Assembly: GCF_001194135.2 (NCBI RefSeq)
Contig: NC_068992.1
Span: forward strand, 63,556,856 to 63,620,695
DNA from: Octopus bimaculoides
Lineage: Eukaryota
DNA: 63,840 nt
Direction: 5' to 3'
Position numbers and translations under genes: made by a program
In this document: positions 1-12,958 of the stretch, in pieces
How the letters are laid out: each line of letters opens with the position of its first letter
Numbering within the stretch: the stretch's first letter is position 1
Notes under the pieces: generated by a model
Seen by the model: the letters and a program-made list of their open reading frames with translations, nothing else
The model's database searches: none
Told to the model about the DNA's origin: nothing

Positions 1-133
1 AACGAATAAATTAAAACTAACTTCTCACATTTTCTGTCCTTTTTCATATTATTTTTTTCAGCAGCGTTTCTTGTTTTCTTCATCATAAATCTTTCCACCG
101 CGTCCATTTGCAATCAGTCTCAAGAAGATAGAG

Positions 134-244
<111 letters not shown>

Positions 245-488
245 TTACTTGATACATTCACTTGTAGCACCAAGTGGCCTTTGGCAGAATTAAATCCCTT
301 TTGAAGATTAAATTCGATACAAGTCCTGGCTAGTCTGATCTGCTCTGGTTTGATCTGGTCTGGCTTGGATGGAGTCGTATTGTGTTGGAAAGTTCTCGGT
401 ACATGTTGACGTTAATTGGTGTAATGCCGGAAGTTGCCGATGTAATGATGTCGTGTTGGCTGTGGAGTTTTACTTTGTTAATATCGTG

Positions 489-1065
489 GTTTGGCGGAAT
501 CGTTACAGCGCGGGACCAAATGCTTTGTGGTAATAGGGCGGTGTATTGGCAGATTGGTTAGAGCTAAGACAAAATGACTTGCGGTTTTTATTCCTGTTCT
601 TTACGTTCAGAGTTTCAAATAGCGCCAGAGTCAATTTTGCCCTTCATCCTGTTGCAATCGATAAAATAAAGTATGAGGGTTGGTATAATCGACTAGCCTT
701 CCCCACCCCTCAAATTTGCTGCTTTTGTTCCTAAATCAGAGACTATTTCTTGGGATGTGTGTTGGCAGAGTCATAAGAATGTTCGACAAAATAGTTTGCC
801 GTATTTCTTCAGACTTTTTACTTTCTGGGTTCAAGTCTCTAGGGAGTGAATCTTGGCTTTCATCATTTCGAAATCAATAAGATAAAGTACCATCAAGTAC
901 TGCGGTCGATGTGATCGACTAACCTCTCACCGCCACTTAAATTTACTGGCCTTGTTCCTACGCCATAAACCGATTACTGAAAGGCGGTTGCTTTGCAGAA
1001 TCGTTTGAACGTCCGACAAAATGCTTTGCAGTATTCCTTCCGACTCTTTATATTTCCGAATGTTT
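489..1065 (+). mobile_element. Cluster of old SINE family A copies (tRNA-derived): fragment ~489-535, copies ~537-740 and ~757-978, fragment ~980-1065
   Basis: Repeated degenerate matches to the window consensus tggcagaatcgtt...gagttcaaat...gcctttcatc...cgataaaataagtac...ggtcgat, best seen at 4873-5089 and 63485-63703. Confidence 0.75.
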
Positions 1066-1159
1066 GCAATAGAACGGACTCCACGAAAGATACCCTAGGT
1101 ACCAGACAGTGGTGTTAAAACGGGTGGAGTTAAAACGACAGATTAAGTGTACCACTAAA

Positions 1160-1745
1160 GCAGGCTATGGCAGGATTTGAACTCAGAATACAAAGAGCTG
1201 GAACAAATGCTGAAAAGCATCCGATCCAATGTTCTTACAGTTCCGTCAATCCATGGCTCTGGATAGACACCTTACTTTATGAACCCCCGAAAGAATGAAA
1301 TGCAAAGTTGATCTCGACGAGATTCGAACTCAGAACATCGAATGTCAGAAAAAAATGCTGTGAGGTATTCTGTCCGATACGCTAACGCCTCTGCGAATTC
1401 GCTGTTTCCTTATATAATACAGAATGGAAATATTACGTAATGAAGTCCTTGGGTTACTTAAAAAGGGGACGATCCTAGATAGTTGGTCTTTGTCTATATA
1501 TCAGTTCGATATTTTCGTAGAGCCAAATAACTGTTTGCAATTTAGGAACAAGTCGTGAAAATTTGGAAGACGGGTGTCAGTCGATATCAGCCAAGACATG
1601 GAGTCAGTCAACGATTCTAGTATTTCACTTGTACATAATTTTATTGATTCTGGTAGGATACCAGGTAAAATTGACTGACCTCCGTAGAATTTGAAACCGG
1701 AATGTAGAGAGCTGAACCAAATACCATACTGCAAGACATTGTTTT
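1160..1745 (-). mobile_element. Degenerate SINE family A fragments on the reverse strand (~1160-1250, ~1265-1420, ~1650-1745)
   Basis: atttgaactcagaa and gattcgaactcagaac are reverse B-box segments; gaatgaaatgcaaagttgatctcg is the reverse central module. Confidence 0.6.
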
Positions 1746-2379
1746 TTTTTTCAATGATCTAATGGTTCTGTGAATCCACAAACCTACCTGGAACAAAATA
1801 ATAGCCATTTCTTCCGCACTTTCCGGAGAAAGGAACAGCGAGAGAGCAAGAACGAAAGCGAGGGCGAAGAAAGGGGAAGAATGTTAGAAAGAGGGAGAGG
1901 AGAGAGAACAGAGGAAAGAATGAGAGAGAGAGGGGGAGAGAGAGGGAGTGAAGAGGGAGAAAGCGCCTTCTGATGCGTGGCATAAGGGTACGTCTCCAGG
2001 TCATCCGTCCTCTAAACATTGGAATAATAATATAGGGATGGGCACATATGGAGGGTTCTGGTATTGGACCCCTACTTAGGAGACTACGATGACGGAATAA
2101 ATTTCTTTTGAAGATTAATCAAGAAGGAGAGCCTGGTCGGGTTTGGTCGGATCTGGTTGGTTCATTTGGAGTCGTGTTGTGACAGGAAGTGTTCGGTACG
2201 TCTGCCTGTTGTGAAGTCTATCCTCCAGATAAGTGCGTAAGTGTATACGTGTATGTATGTCTATACATAGTTATGAACACACACACATCCATCCAATCAG
2301 ACACACGGACACACATATATACATTCCTGTCTGTCCTTACATACATACGTAATGCATACACACATACATACATACAAAC

Positions 2380-2419
<40 letters not shown>

Positions 2420-2584
2420 TCTTTTACTTGTTTCAGTCCTTTGAATGCGGCCATGCTGGAGCACTGCCTCTGGTCGAAAACATTTACCCCAGGACTTATT
2501 CTTTGTAAGCCTAGTACTTATTTCATCGGTCGATTAGCCGAACTGCTAAGTTGCGGAGACGTAAACACACCAACATCGGTTGTC
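2420..2584 (-). mobile_element. SINE family B, 3' half, running into a gap
   Basis: tcttttacttgtttcagtc...gcggccatgctggagcac...ccccaggacttattctttgtaagcctagtactta is the reverse complement of the 51800-51990 tail. Confidence 0.9.
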
Positions 2585-3063
2585 ANNNNNNNNNNNNNNN
2601 NNNNNNNNNNNNNNNNNNNNNNNNNNNNNNNNNNNNNNNNNNNNNNNNNNNNNNNNNNNNNNNNNNNNNNNNNNNNNNNNNNNNNNNNNNNNNNNNNNNN
2701 NNNNNNNNNNNNNNNNNNNNNNNNNNNNNNNNNNNNNNNNNNNNNNNNNNNNNNNNNNNNNNNNNNNNNNNNNNNNNNNNNNNNNNNNNNNNNNNNNNNN
2801 NNNNNNNNNNNNNNNNNNNNNNNNNNNNNNNNNNNNNNNNNNNNNNNNNNNNNNNNNNNNNNNNNNNNNNNNNNNNNNNNNNNNNNNNNNNNNNNNNNNN
2901 NNNNNNNNNNNNNNNNNNNNNNNNNNNNNNNNNNNNNNNNNNNNNNNNNNNNNNNNNNNNNNNNNNNNNNNNNNNNNNNNNNNNNNNNNNNNNNNNNNNN
3001 NNNNNNNNNNNNNNNNNNNNNNNNNNNNNNNNNNNNNNNNNNNNNNNNNNNNNNNNNNNNNNN

Positions 3064-3112
<49 letters not shown>

Positions 3113-3426
3113 ATATATATATAACGTCAGAAGTTGTTAATGTAATAATGTATTGCGATTAAAATGTTAATTAAAATATTGCTGTTAGGGTTGTTCTTGA
3201 TGTTGTCATTGTAGTTATTGCAGTTGTTGCTGTTGTCGTTGTTGTGCTGCTGCTGCTGCTGCTGCTGCTGGTGGTGAAAGTATCGTGGCGCAGCTTCCAT
3301 CCAAAATCAACCGTACACCTTATGTAAAGAAAGGTCATAAAATAGATCTCGCCAGATTGCTGGCTTGAAATAACATAATGTTCTACATTAAGGGCAAACC
3401 GACTCGAACTGTTCTTCGTGTTCCGT

Positions 3427-3610
3427 TCTCTCGGGTATGCTGACTTGAAATATCATGGCGTTCGGCTTTAAGGGCATGCTGACTTAAAATATCATAATGT
3501 TATGCTTTACACGTGCACTAACTCGAAATATCATAGTCTTCTCCTTTAAGGGTATGCTGACTTTAAATATCATAAGGTTTTGGTTTAGGGGTACACACTG
3601 ATGTGAAAAG
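3427..3610. repeat. 39-bp minisatellite, about 4.5 units
   Basis: aaatatcat recurs at 3448, 3487, 3526 and 3565 (exact period 39). Consensus is ctttaagggtatgctgacttgaaatatcat plus a variable ~9-nt segment. Confidence 0.9.
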
Positions 3611-4361
3611 TCCTCTTAACTACTTTCTGAAGTAAATTCTACGTGACACAATATTTCCATGTATAAGTGTATGTGGTTGTGTCTGAATGCAAGATTATGT
3701 TTGTAATGTGTATGCACCTGAGTGCGTATGTACATATATGTGCATAGCATATATGTTATACGTATATGCATACATATATATCTATACATATATGTATACA
3801 TATATGTGTGTGTGTGTCTGTGTGTGTGCGTGTGTGTGTGTATGTGTGTGTATGTGTGTGTTGTTTATTTTTTGGACGCTTTTGTATTCGATCTGATGAA
3901 TCTCCATGTACTAAATCGAATGTCCTAAGAAGATGACGAATATTATTTTCGTAATTCTTTCGTAAGCCCCGACTGACATTGGAAGCGGAAACGGCCGTAA
4001 GCATTGTTATGTCACAAAAATGTTACGTAATGTTTTGTATTAAAAAATAATCTACAGATGGAGTCCAATTTGTTTGTTTGTTGATCTAAAGTTCTCTCCG
4101 TTTTCCGATTATATATATATNNNNNNNNNNNNNNNNNNNNNNNNNNNNNNNNNNNNNNNNNNNNNNNNNNNNNNNNNNNNNNNNNNNNNNNNNNNNNNNN
4201 NNNNNNNNNNNNNNNNNNNNNNNNNNNNNNNNNNNNNNNNNNNNNNNNNNNNNNNNNNNNNNNNNNNNNNNNNNNNNNNNNNNNNNNNNNNNNNNNNNNN
4301 NNNNNNNNNNNNNNNNNNNNNNNNNNNNNNNNNNNNNNNNNNNNNNNNNNNNNNNNNNNNN

Positions 4362-4424
<63 letters not shown>

Positions 4425-4581
4425 GTATATTAATACACATGCGTGCACACACACACACACACACTTGTATGAATCTAATTAGAAAAGATAGGAATGCAAA
4501 TGTAAATGTGCATATGCACACACGAATACAAACACACACATACACGCACACACACACACACACGCACACAATTATAGCTGA

Positions 4582-4619
<38 letters not shown>

Positions 4620-4872
4620 GTGAACGTATACACAGTAAAAGTGCAGATCTAATGAAGCAATACCTACCACCATTCACAATTAATGTTGACTTTCTAATTA
4701 ACACAGTAATTAACACACTAGCAACTACCCAAATAAATAAAAGCAGTGCGGCCGATTTGCAGTTGTTGTTGTTGTTGTTGTTGTTGCTGCTGCTGCCGCC
4801 GCTGCTGCTGCTGCTGCTGCGGTTGCTGCTGCTATTATAGCTGTTGCTTTCTATAATATTTTCTGTTGTAAA

Positions 4873-5197
4873 GTGGCGAGATGGCAGAATCGTTAGCACA
4901 CCGGGCGAAATACTTAGCGGTACTTCGACCGTCGCTGCGTTCTAAGTTCAAATTCCGCCGAGGTCGCCTTTGCCTCTCATCCTCTCGGGTCAATCGATTA
5001 AGTACCCGTGAAACACTGGGGTCAATTCAATCGATATCCCCCTCCCCCAAAATTTCAGGTCTTTTGTCTATAAAGAAGAAAGGATTATTTCTCGTTGTTA
5101 CAAAGCGGTGAGCTGGCAGAATCGTTAGCAAGCCGGACAGAATGCTTTTCAACATTTCCTCTGGTTCTTTACGTTCTGCGTTCAAAGTTCTGCAGAG
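4873..5197 (+). mobile_element. SINE family A: full copy 4873-5089 plus 5' fragment 5103-5197
   Basis: A-box-like tggcagaatcgtt, B-box-like gttcaaattcc, central gcctttgcctctcatcc...taagtacc module, tail ending aaaggattatt. Confidence 0.9.
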
Positions 5198-5198
5198 G

Positions 5199-5249
<51 letters not shown>

Positions 5250-5397
5250 TATCATCAGTGTATATGCGTATGCATCATATGAATGCGACAATACCATCTA
5301 CCTACCTATCTATCTATCTATTTATATATATATGTGTGTGTGTGTGTGTAGTAGTAGCAGTGACTCAGATGAAATGTATTTAGATTCAATTTTTGTG

Positions 5398-5479
<82 letters not shown>

Positions 5480-6347
5480 ATATATATATAATATATAAAA
5501 CATAGAAATTGAATCTAAATATATTTCATCTAATGAGTCACAGCCATTGTTTACGATATTCATTAGTGCAAGTTCATCAAGTTTAGTGTTAATGTTAGCA
5601 AAATTGCATTTGATAGCCTTGTAAGGGTGTATGTGTGCGTATGTGACTTTGTGTACCTATATGCACGTATGTATATACGATATATGTATCTTCGTGTACA
5701 TGTATGTGTGTATGCATATATATATTTATATATATTGAATATATATATATGTATATATATATATATGCATACGCACACACATATACATATATACATACAC
5801 ACTTTTTTTAAATTGCGTAAAATATTGTTGTTTAGTTGTATGATTTTTAAGATTTCACCTATGCATGTACAAATACGCATATTATTATATGAATATGGGT
5901 GCACATAGACATATACGTACATATACGTATATGTATGTGTGTTTGTATATAAAAGTATAAAGGAATAAAAGAATACATATATGCATGAGTATGTATGTGT
6001 TTATATATATAATGCGTGCATATATATATATTGAATTAAATTAAACAGCAAAAGGAGAAAATTCTTGATCAACAAACAAATTGTTTACCATTGAGTGCTA
6101 TTTTTTAATACAAAATCTTTCACACTTCTAACAGCCGTTTCTGCTACCAATGTCCCCCAGCGCTGCCAAAGAAACATTTTGGGAATAATATTCGCCATAT
6201 TCTATCGCACATCCGATCTGGTACATGGAGCTTCATAAGAGTGAAGAAAATATTCACAAAATAAAAGAAGAGAAGAGAAAAGAAAAGGGCTTCGAGATGA
6301 GGAAAGAAGGCTTAACATATCTTAATCATACCATTTTGCTGTGTAAC

Positions 6348-6560
6348 GTTTGTGTGTATCTGTGTCTGTGTTTCTTCGCCCTCCCACTGCTTGGCAACAG
6401 GTGTTTGATTTGTTTACGTCTCCGTAACTTAGCGGTTTGCAAATGGAACTGATGGAATCAGTGCCAAGCTTTAAAAAAATAAATAATGTGGTCGATTCGT
6501 TCCACTAAAATTTCTCAAGGCATGGTCGCAGTCTGATGGCTTAAACAAGTAAATAGAAAA
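6348..6560 (+). mobile_element. SINE family B, degenerate 3' half
   Basis: gtttacgtctccgtaacttagcggtt...gcatggtcgcagtc...aaacaagtaaa matches the family B tail. Confidence 0.8.
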
Positions 6561-6682
6561 AAAGGACGAAAAAAGATTATCCTACATAAACTTAGATAGA
6601 CCAAATAGGTTGTGGGAGAAATTTAGTAGACGAAGCTGAAATCATTATGAGGAAGGCTTAAATTTTCATCTTGGTTTGTCTG

Positions 6683-6938
6683 GAGAGCGTCATATTGTCT
6701 TAATGTTTTATTGTCTAAAACGCTCAACGGTTCGATTTCCATTCCTTTATTATCAATATATATTTGTTCCTTCCAAAATTTTCGTTGCTCTTGCAGCTTT
6801 GTCAATTGATGTTGACTTTTACTAAACTGAGAACAGCAACGAAAATTTTGGAAGAAAAAATATGTGGAAATTATGAGTGGAAATCGAACCTGTGTGTGTG
6901 CATCAGATACTAAGGCATTAAGACAATATGACTCTCCC
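6683..6938. repeat. Diverged fold-back inverted repeat (~125-bp arms, centre ~6811)
   Basis: Perfect pairing blocks: 6689-6705 with 6916-6932 (17 bp), 6729-6741 with 6878-6890 (13 bp), 6770-6789 with 6835-6854 (20 bp). Confidence 0.9.
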
Positions 6939-7009
6939 TAAGTACAACAAAATCTGCTTCAACACACGAATTCATATAAAGAATCTTGCAAATCAGATAC
7001 TAAAACGAA

Positions 7010-7830
7010 GTATATTTCATCGTTCTCCAGGTATATGTAGTGACACAGAGGAAGAAATGGATATTAGTTGCCGTTGTGAAACAGCACTGCTTTTAAATTT
7101 CTCATAGAATAGTCAAATGACAGAGGCCATCGATTGGACTGGAGTTTAAAACCAATAGCATCAAAGAGAATTCTTACACTAATGCAGTACTGCAGTGATT
7201 CAGGCATTGAATAGATACAGGCAAAGTTGCATGACTTATTCCATCTTTCGGAATTGTCGTCTTTGCGTCCTACTGGTTTAATTCTTTCAATTTGGACGCC
7301 AGCATCCTTGCTTCAGATTTAGTAAACTTCAAGTCCTTTACGAAGTCACCAAGCTCTTATTTGATTTAGGAAGTGGGATTCTTCACATTAACATGATGCT
7401 TCTTCTTCTTCTTAATCTTCATCGCGATCCCACATTTCGATGTCATATTCTTCTGTTGTTTTTGTGGGTTTTTTTCTTTCAAAAGCCCGACAAAGTGGAG
7501 TCGGTAGCTGTTTGTCACACGACACTGGTACAATTCAAGATAAGTTAACTAGTTTCTTCCTGTCTTGTGAGCCTTCATAAGTAAACACGTCCACTTTACA
7601 GAAAGAGTAGTCATTTGATGATCTGTAGATTCTCGCTAGATTCTTGGAATGGTAAACAGTATACATTTCTTGCTGGTAATCCAGGAAAAGAAAGTTACTG
7701 GAAAAGCGCTAAAGAATCACAAGGCTGTGCCAGAGTTTCTTCCTGACTTCGGCTGGAGTATTCGTTTTAATCACCAACATTAAAAATGCTGAATATCTGT
7801 GTAATGCCGCGGTATTATGTAATGTGTTTT
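7010..7830 (-). mobile_element. Decayed DNA-transposase relic, probably Chapaev-3/CMC type
   Basis: Hand translation of the minus strand gives, in order and with stops and frameshifts: FTIPRI*REST-DH.NDYSFCKVDV, PVSCDKQLPTP, ELGDFVKDLKFTKSEARMLASKLKE, RWPLSFDYSMRNLKAVLFHNGN*YPFLPLCH. These match the motifs MVWREP..H..DCYFC, ELNDLVRDL.LSK..AELL.SRL and WRLFIDSS..SLKAVLLHNGN. The Chapaev family name comes from recall of those motifs. Confidence 0.75.
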
Positions 7831-8180
7831 CGATCTATATATGTCACATATTGTCAATAAATGACTGACATAATTTCTTTGCTTCATCGTCTTATTTTGC
7901 TTTAGAAATTTAATAAAAGGGGTTCTTTTTTTTTTTTTTTTTGACATATGTGTAACACCATTGCATATAAATTAGCGTCATGTAAAGCTTTCGATATACA
8001 ATTTCATTCAATACTTACTTGTAAACTACTGCTTTTATATAACTATTTACAATAGAATGTTCCAGATATGTTATAAATCGATAAATATATTTCCTTTAGC
8101 TTGCTTGTGCAATTTATTGCTTTATAAATAGTGCCTCATCTTGATCATTTTCTGTATGAATATTTCAATGAATTAACATA

Positions 8181-8483
8181 CCATCATTTCCGGCATACAA
8201 GTCGACCTAGAAAATAAGTCGAGGTAGATTTTTCAGGAAAAAATAAATACTTGTTTAAGTTTATACTCATTGATTATGATCGTTCATCAATATGAACACC
8301 AAGTACATATAAAGAGAATTAACAGGTAACAAAAATTTTACCGTCATGGCGAACCTGAAGGGTAAACATTCATCGTCTGGAATTTTAGGTCCTCTAAAAT
8401 CGTCTTGACGTATAAGTCGACCTACCTGTTTTGGCTGTAAATTTTGGGCAGCAAACATTTGCTTTGTATACCCGAACATACGG
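8181..8483. mobile_element. Tc2/pogo-type MITE (TA...CCGTA-type TIRs)
   Basis: Left end ta|ccatcatttccggcatacaagtcgacc; right end gtatacccgaacatacgg|ta; internal repeat of taagtcgacct; TA on both flanks. Confidence 0.7.
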
Positions 8484-9217
8484 TAAGTAAATTACTACCA
8501 CTTTTTTTTTATATTTTAGAAAGTTCTACATAGAAACAAAACTTTGATACGTGTGTAATTTCAACACGACTATGTTGCACTTGATGAAAATAAGTTCTCG
8601 AAATATTTCACAAAATATTGACGCTAACACGAAAAGAATTTTACCGTCGTATTCAACATGCTGTTTGAACATTTTACAAAGTCAAGTTAAACAAATTTTC
8701 TGTTGCGTAGTGTAATATATNNNNNNNNNNGTGTGTGTGTGTATGCATACATATATATGTATTATAGCTGTAATGCACAAACCATTTTTTTTCACTAAGT
8801 TATGTACACTATACGGTATGAAGCAGAATATAGTAGAAATTGCAAACATTTCGGACTTAAAAAACCGCAGGAAGCTATCTTTGTTCGTAAATAGGGGAGT
8901 AGCAGTATATACATACAAGTCAAAAAAAGAAATGAAAAAGAAACAGACAAGAAAAAATGTATACGATGCGCGGGTGAAAAAAAACTGTTTCACGAAGCGG
9001 TGTCTCCCCCTGTGTGTGAGTGTGTGACGAAATAACAACGAGTTAATACTCAGATTGCGCGATAAAAACCACTTAAAGATGCCGCTTTTCTTCTGTTACA
9101 AACATTTTAAGCCCCCATCAGGCATTTTTTGAGTGATACTTTCTTATCTTCACTTAGCCAAATGTGTTTTATTTTATTGATGCGGTTACAAACATGTATG
9201 TATGCTTATGTGTATGA

Positions 9218-9257
<40 letters not shown>

Positions 9258-9418
9258 GTGTGTGCGTGTGTGTGTGTGTGCGTGTGTGTGTACACATACA
9301 AATATGTATACATATATGGGTATGTATGTTTATATATATGCATTTGTGTATATATATGTATATTGATAGATACCTAAAAATATTTGAATGTATGTTTATA
9401 TGAACCTAACATACATAG

Positions 9419-9469
<51 letters not shown>

Positions 9470-10335
9470 CGTACATATACGTATATATGTAAATATATCT
9501 AATATATATATATANNNNNNNNNNNNNNNNNNNNNNNNNNNNNNNNNNNNNNNNNNNNNNNNNNNNNNNNNNNNNNNNNNNNNNNNNNNNNNNNNNNNNN
9601 NNNNNNNNNNNNNNNNNNNNNNNNNNNNNNNNNNNNNNNNNNNNNNNNNNNNNNNNNNNNNNNNNNNNNNNNNNNNNNNNNNNNNNNNNNNNNNNNNNNN
9701 NNNNNNNNNNNNNNNNNNNNNNNNNNNNNNNNNNNNNNNNNNNNNNNNNNNNNNNNNNNNNNNNNNTATATACGCATATATATATACATACATGCATGTA
9801 TGTATATGTCAATATACACACATATGACTTAGATATGTGGGTGTGTTCTTTTGAGATGATGCTATTTGATATTTCTGTCACAGACTACGGAAAAAATATT
9901 TTCACGTCCTAGAAGTTTAATTGGCAGAAGAACGAGTCGGTAGTATAGACCTCGCGCTATCTGACTTACGATTTCGATGACTCGAGAAAATTGTCATCGT
10001 CGTCGTCGTCATTGTATCACAGTCGCTGATATTATGCACGTAACTTTTTTATCCTTTAGCTTTTATTTATCTTATTTATGGGACTAAGTCCATGTTAGGG
10101 CACCACCTTGAAGGGTTTAACCGACAGTTATTCTAAGCAAACAACTGTAGACTTTTTTAAAAAGAAATCTTCAAGTCCGTCTACGAGTGCTTGTGAATCG
10201 GCGATCATGTCTACAGGTGATGGTGTGTACGAGTCTAGTGTGAGTGAAAGTGATTCAGAAAACGATTATAATTAACATATTTTTTGTTATAAATGGTCTT
10301 GACATTCTTTTTAATTTACATAAAATATTCTTTCT

Positions 10336-10460
10336 ACTCTAGGTACAAGGCCCAAAATTTTAAGGGAGGGGACCAGTCGAATAGATCAACCCCAGTACGC
10401 AACTGGTACTTAATTTATCGATCCCCAAAGGATGAAAAGCAAAGTCGACCACGGCAGCGT
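10336..10460 (-). mobile_element. SINE family A, 3' half
   Basis: aggtacaaggcccaaaattt...actggtacttaatttatcgatccccaaaggatgaaaagcaaagtcgacc. Confidence 0.85.
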
Positions 10461-10611
10461 TACATGAAATATCCTTTACATTCTACTGTTGTTTTAATGC
10501 CATTTATTTACGAGTATTATATATTTTGTTGGTAAAATATTTTTCTGGAAATGAATTACAATTTATATATGTGTATATATATATATATATATAAAATCAA
10601 GTGTTTATATC

Positions 10612-10837
10612 TTTTATCTTTTACCTGTTTCAGTCATTAGACTGCGACCATGCTCGGGCACCGCCTTACATTTTTAATCGAATGAATTGACCCTAGCACT
10701 TATAATCCTGGTACTTATTCTATCGTTCTCTTTTGGCGAACCGCTAATGTTACGAGGACGCAAACACACCAACACTACTTTCCAAGTGGTGATAGTGGGT
10801 GAACACGAGCGCGCGCGCGCGCGCACACACACACACG

Positions 10838-10891
<54 letters not shown>

Positions 10892-11015
10892 AATGACGGG
10901 CTTCTTTCAGTTTCCATCTAGTAAATCCACTTATAAGGCTTTGATCGGCCCGAATCTATTGCCGAACCACGCGATTGAAAAGCAAGTTCCTTACCACACA
11001 GCCACTCCTGCGCCT
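10612..11015 (-). mobile_element. SINE family B, near full length, with central (CA)/(TA) microsatellite
   Basis: Reverse tail at 10612-10800, reverse central gacgggcttctttcagtttcc, reverse head ttaccacacagccactcctgcgcc. Confidence 0.9.
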
Positions 11016-11553
11016 ATGTATGTGTGTCTCCTCCTCTCATGCAATCGACCAGCAATTTAGGATTACAACTGAATAAAAAAAGGAAAGGTAAAATAGATCT
11101 TTTTCATCTGATCATCACTTCAATGGATCAAGACTTTGAAGGGTTTTGGTATTTTGTTTTTTCGTTTTGACACCTGATTTTTTTCTTTTCTTTTTTTTTT
11201 TTTTTTTGAAAAAACATACCCGAACTACTTTGTTTCGAGAAATGGGATTAATTCAGAAAGAAAGAATATCAAAGGATGCGTGTTTGTAAAGTTGAACATG
11301 CTAACGGATTGCGAAGATATTGCAAAGAAATAGCCAAACATTAATTATCTTAGAGACTGAAGGCATGCTGTGGCTGTGTAACCACATTCTAACAAGACCG
11401 AGCAACATAATCCTTTCAGCTAAGAATGGGATTGTGTTAGCGTTTTTATCTATAACGGATTTCCAAATGCGACCAACTTCTTCTTCTTCTTTTTCTTGCT
11501 GTTGTTGCTACTACTTCTACTACTCGCACTAACACTATTATTATTATTATTAT

Positions 11554-11609
<56 letters not shown>

Positions 11610-12613
11610 TCAATATTATCCTTTTCTTCTTTTTCATCTTAAAACTGTCACCTTCTTTATCATCATCATCATCATCATCACCATCATCATCTTCATTTTC
11701 TCTTTTTCTCTCGTTATCTCTCCTCTCTTTCTCTCTCTTTTTCTCTCTCTCCCTCTGCCTCTTCTTCTCTCTGGATAGAGTTTACACAGTAAAGATACAC
11801 AAAAAATATTTCTAAATGACATTAAATGATTTCGCTTAATGAAAACAATTTCTGGCAAGCTATAATATCTGTCTAAGATGAACAACTGTAAAAGAGTTTA
11901 CTGATGAGGGCACCAAATCCACGATACTTGCAGATGTAAAGTCTTCAGTTTGTGTTCGACAATATGATAGGTTTATTTAATAATCGGTTCCATTTCTGGG
12001 TGCGGTCTGCCTGGCCGTTTACACTTCTACAAGCGTCTACCAGCTCTTATACACTCCAGGTTAATGAAAATAAGTTTAATAATGTAGGATAATGATTTAA
12101 TGTTAATAACATACAATGATGTTATCGGCCTCAGTTTGAGAAAGATATTGATGTAGCTGTTAGCTGAGTGGTCTTTTATATAGACTAGTTACGAGCACTC
12201 AGGTCAAAAGAATTTTTTTTTTTAATGAAGGTAAGCACGGTCAGCAGACATACATCAGAAGGGTAAAAGAGAGATGTGAACACACAGGTAATAAATTCAT
12301 GACATGAAAGTCACAGAACCAGCTAAGATCTCAGTAGACAGATCAGGTTATTTCATAGCGTAAACTACAGATACTTCAGTACACTGCACGCGGAAGTAAC
12401 ACCTAATATTTGATAGCATTGCTGGCTTTAGAATAAATACGTAGTTCACGGCTGCATGGTTCAACGTGTCTCTTGGTAACTACGTATTATTTGCAGATCC
12501 GATAACCCGGTACTTCTGGGCGGGATTAACGGCCGCGTAGCCTAGCGTTGAGCAATAATGCGCATGAATGGATTTTGATGTGTGTATGTGTGTGTGTATA
12601 TGTATATGTATAT

Positions 12614-12665
<52 letters not shown>

Positions 12666-12762
12666 NNNNNNNNNNNNNNNNNNNNNNNNNNNNNNNNNNN
12701 NNNNNNNNNNNNNNNNNNNNNNNNNNNNNNNNNNNNNNNNNNNNNNNNNNNNNNNNNNNNNG

Positions 12763-12958
12763 TAATTTAATTTATATAAGGGCATTACTATACAATAATG
12801 CCTCACGTTTAGAGGGACTCCATAAGTCAAAACTACCAAAATAAGCACATTTTTACCGATCGCGCATTTGTAAGAACTATTTTGGTAGTTTTGACTTATG
12901 GAGTCCCTCTAAACGTGAGGCATTATTGTATAGTAATGCACTTATATAAATTAAATTA
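12763..12958. repeat. 81-bp near-perfect inverted repeat with a 34-nt loop
   Basis: 12763-12843 versus the reverse complement of 12878-12958 shows one mismatch. The left arm abuts an N-gap. Confidence 0.95.

Noticed and set aside
1770-1973. E/R-rich ORF
   Set aside because: It is a purine-rich (GA) low-complexity tract.
3427-3610. CRISPR-like repeat/spacer appearance
   Set aside because: The variable segments are only ~9 nt, the repeats are degenerate, no cas genes are present, and the context is eukaryotic. It is kept as a minisatellite.
6135-6222. Possible plus-strand exon encoding RFCYQC...HILSH (zinc-finger-like)
   Set aside because: The donor site is weak, the C-to-H spacing of 14 is atypical, and there are no partner exons.
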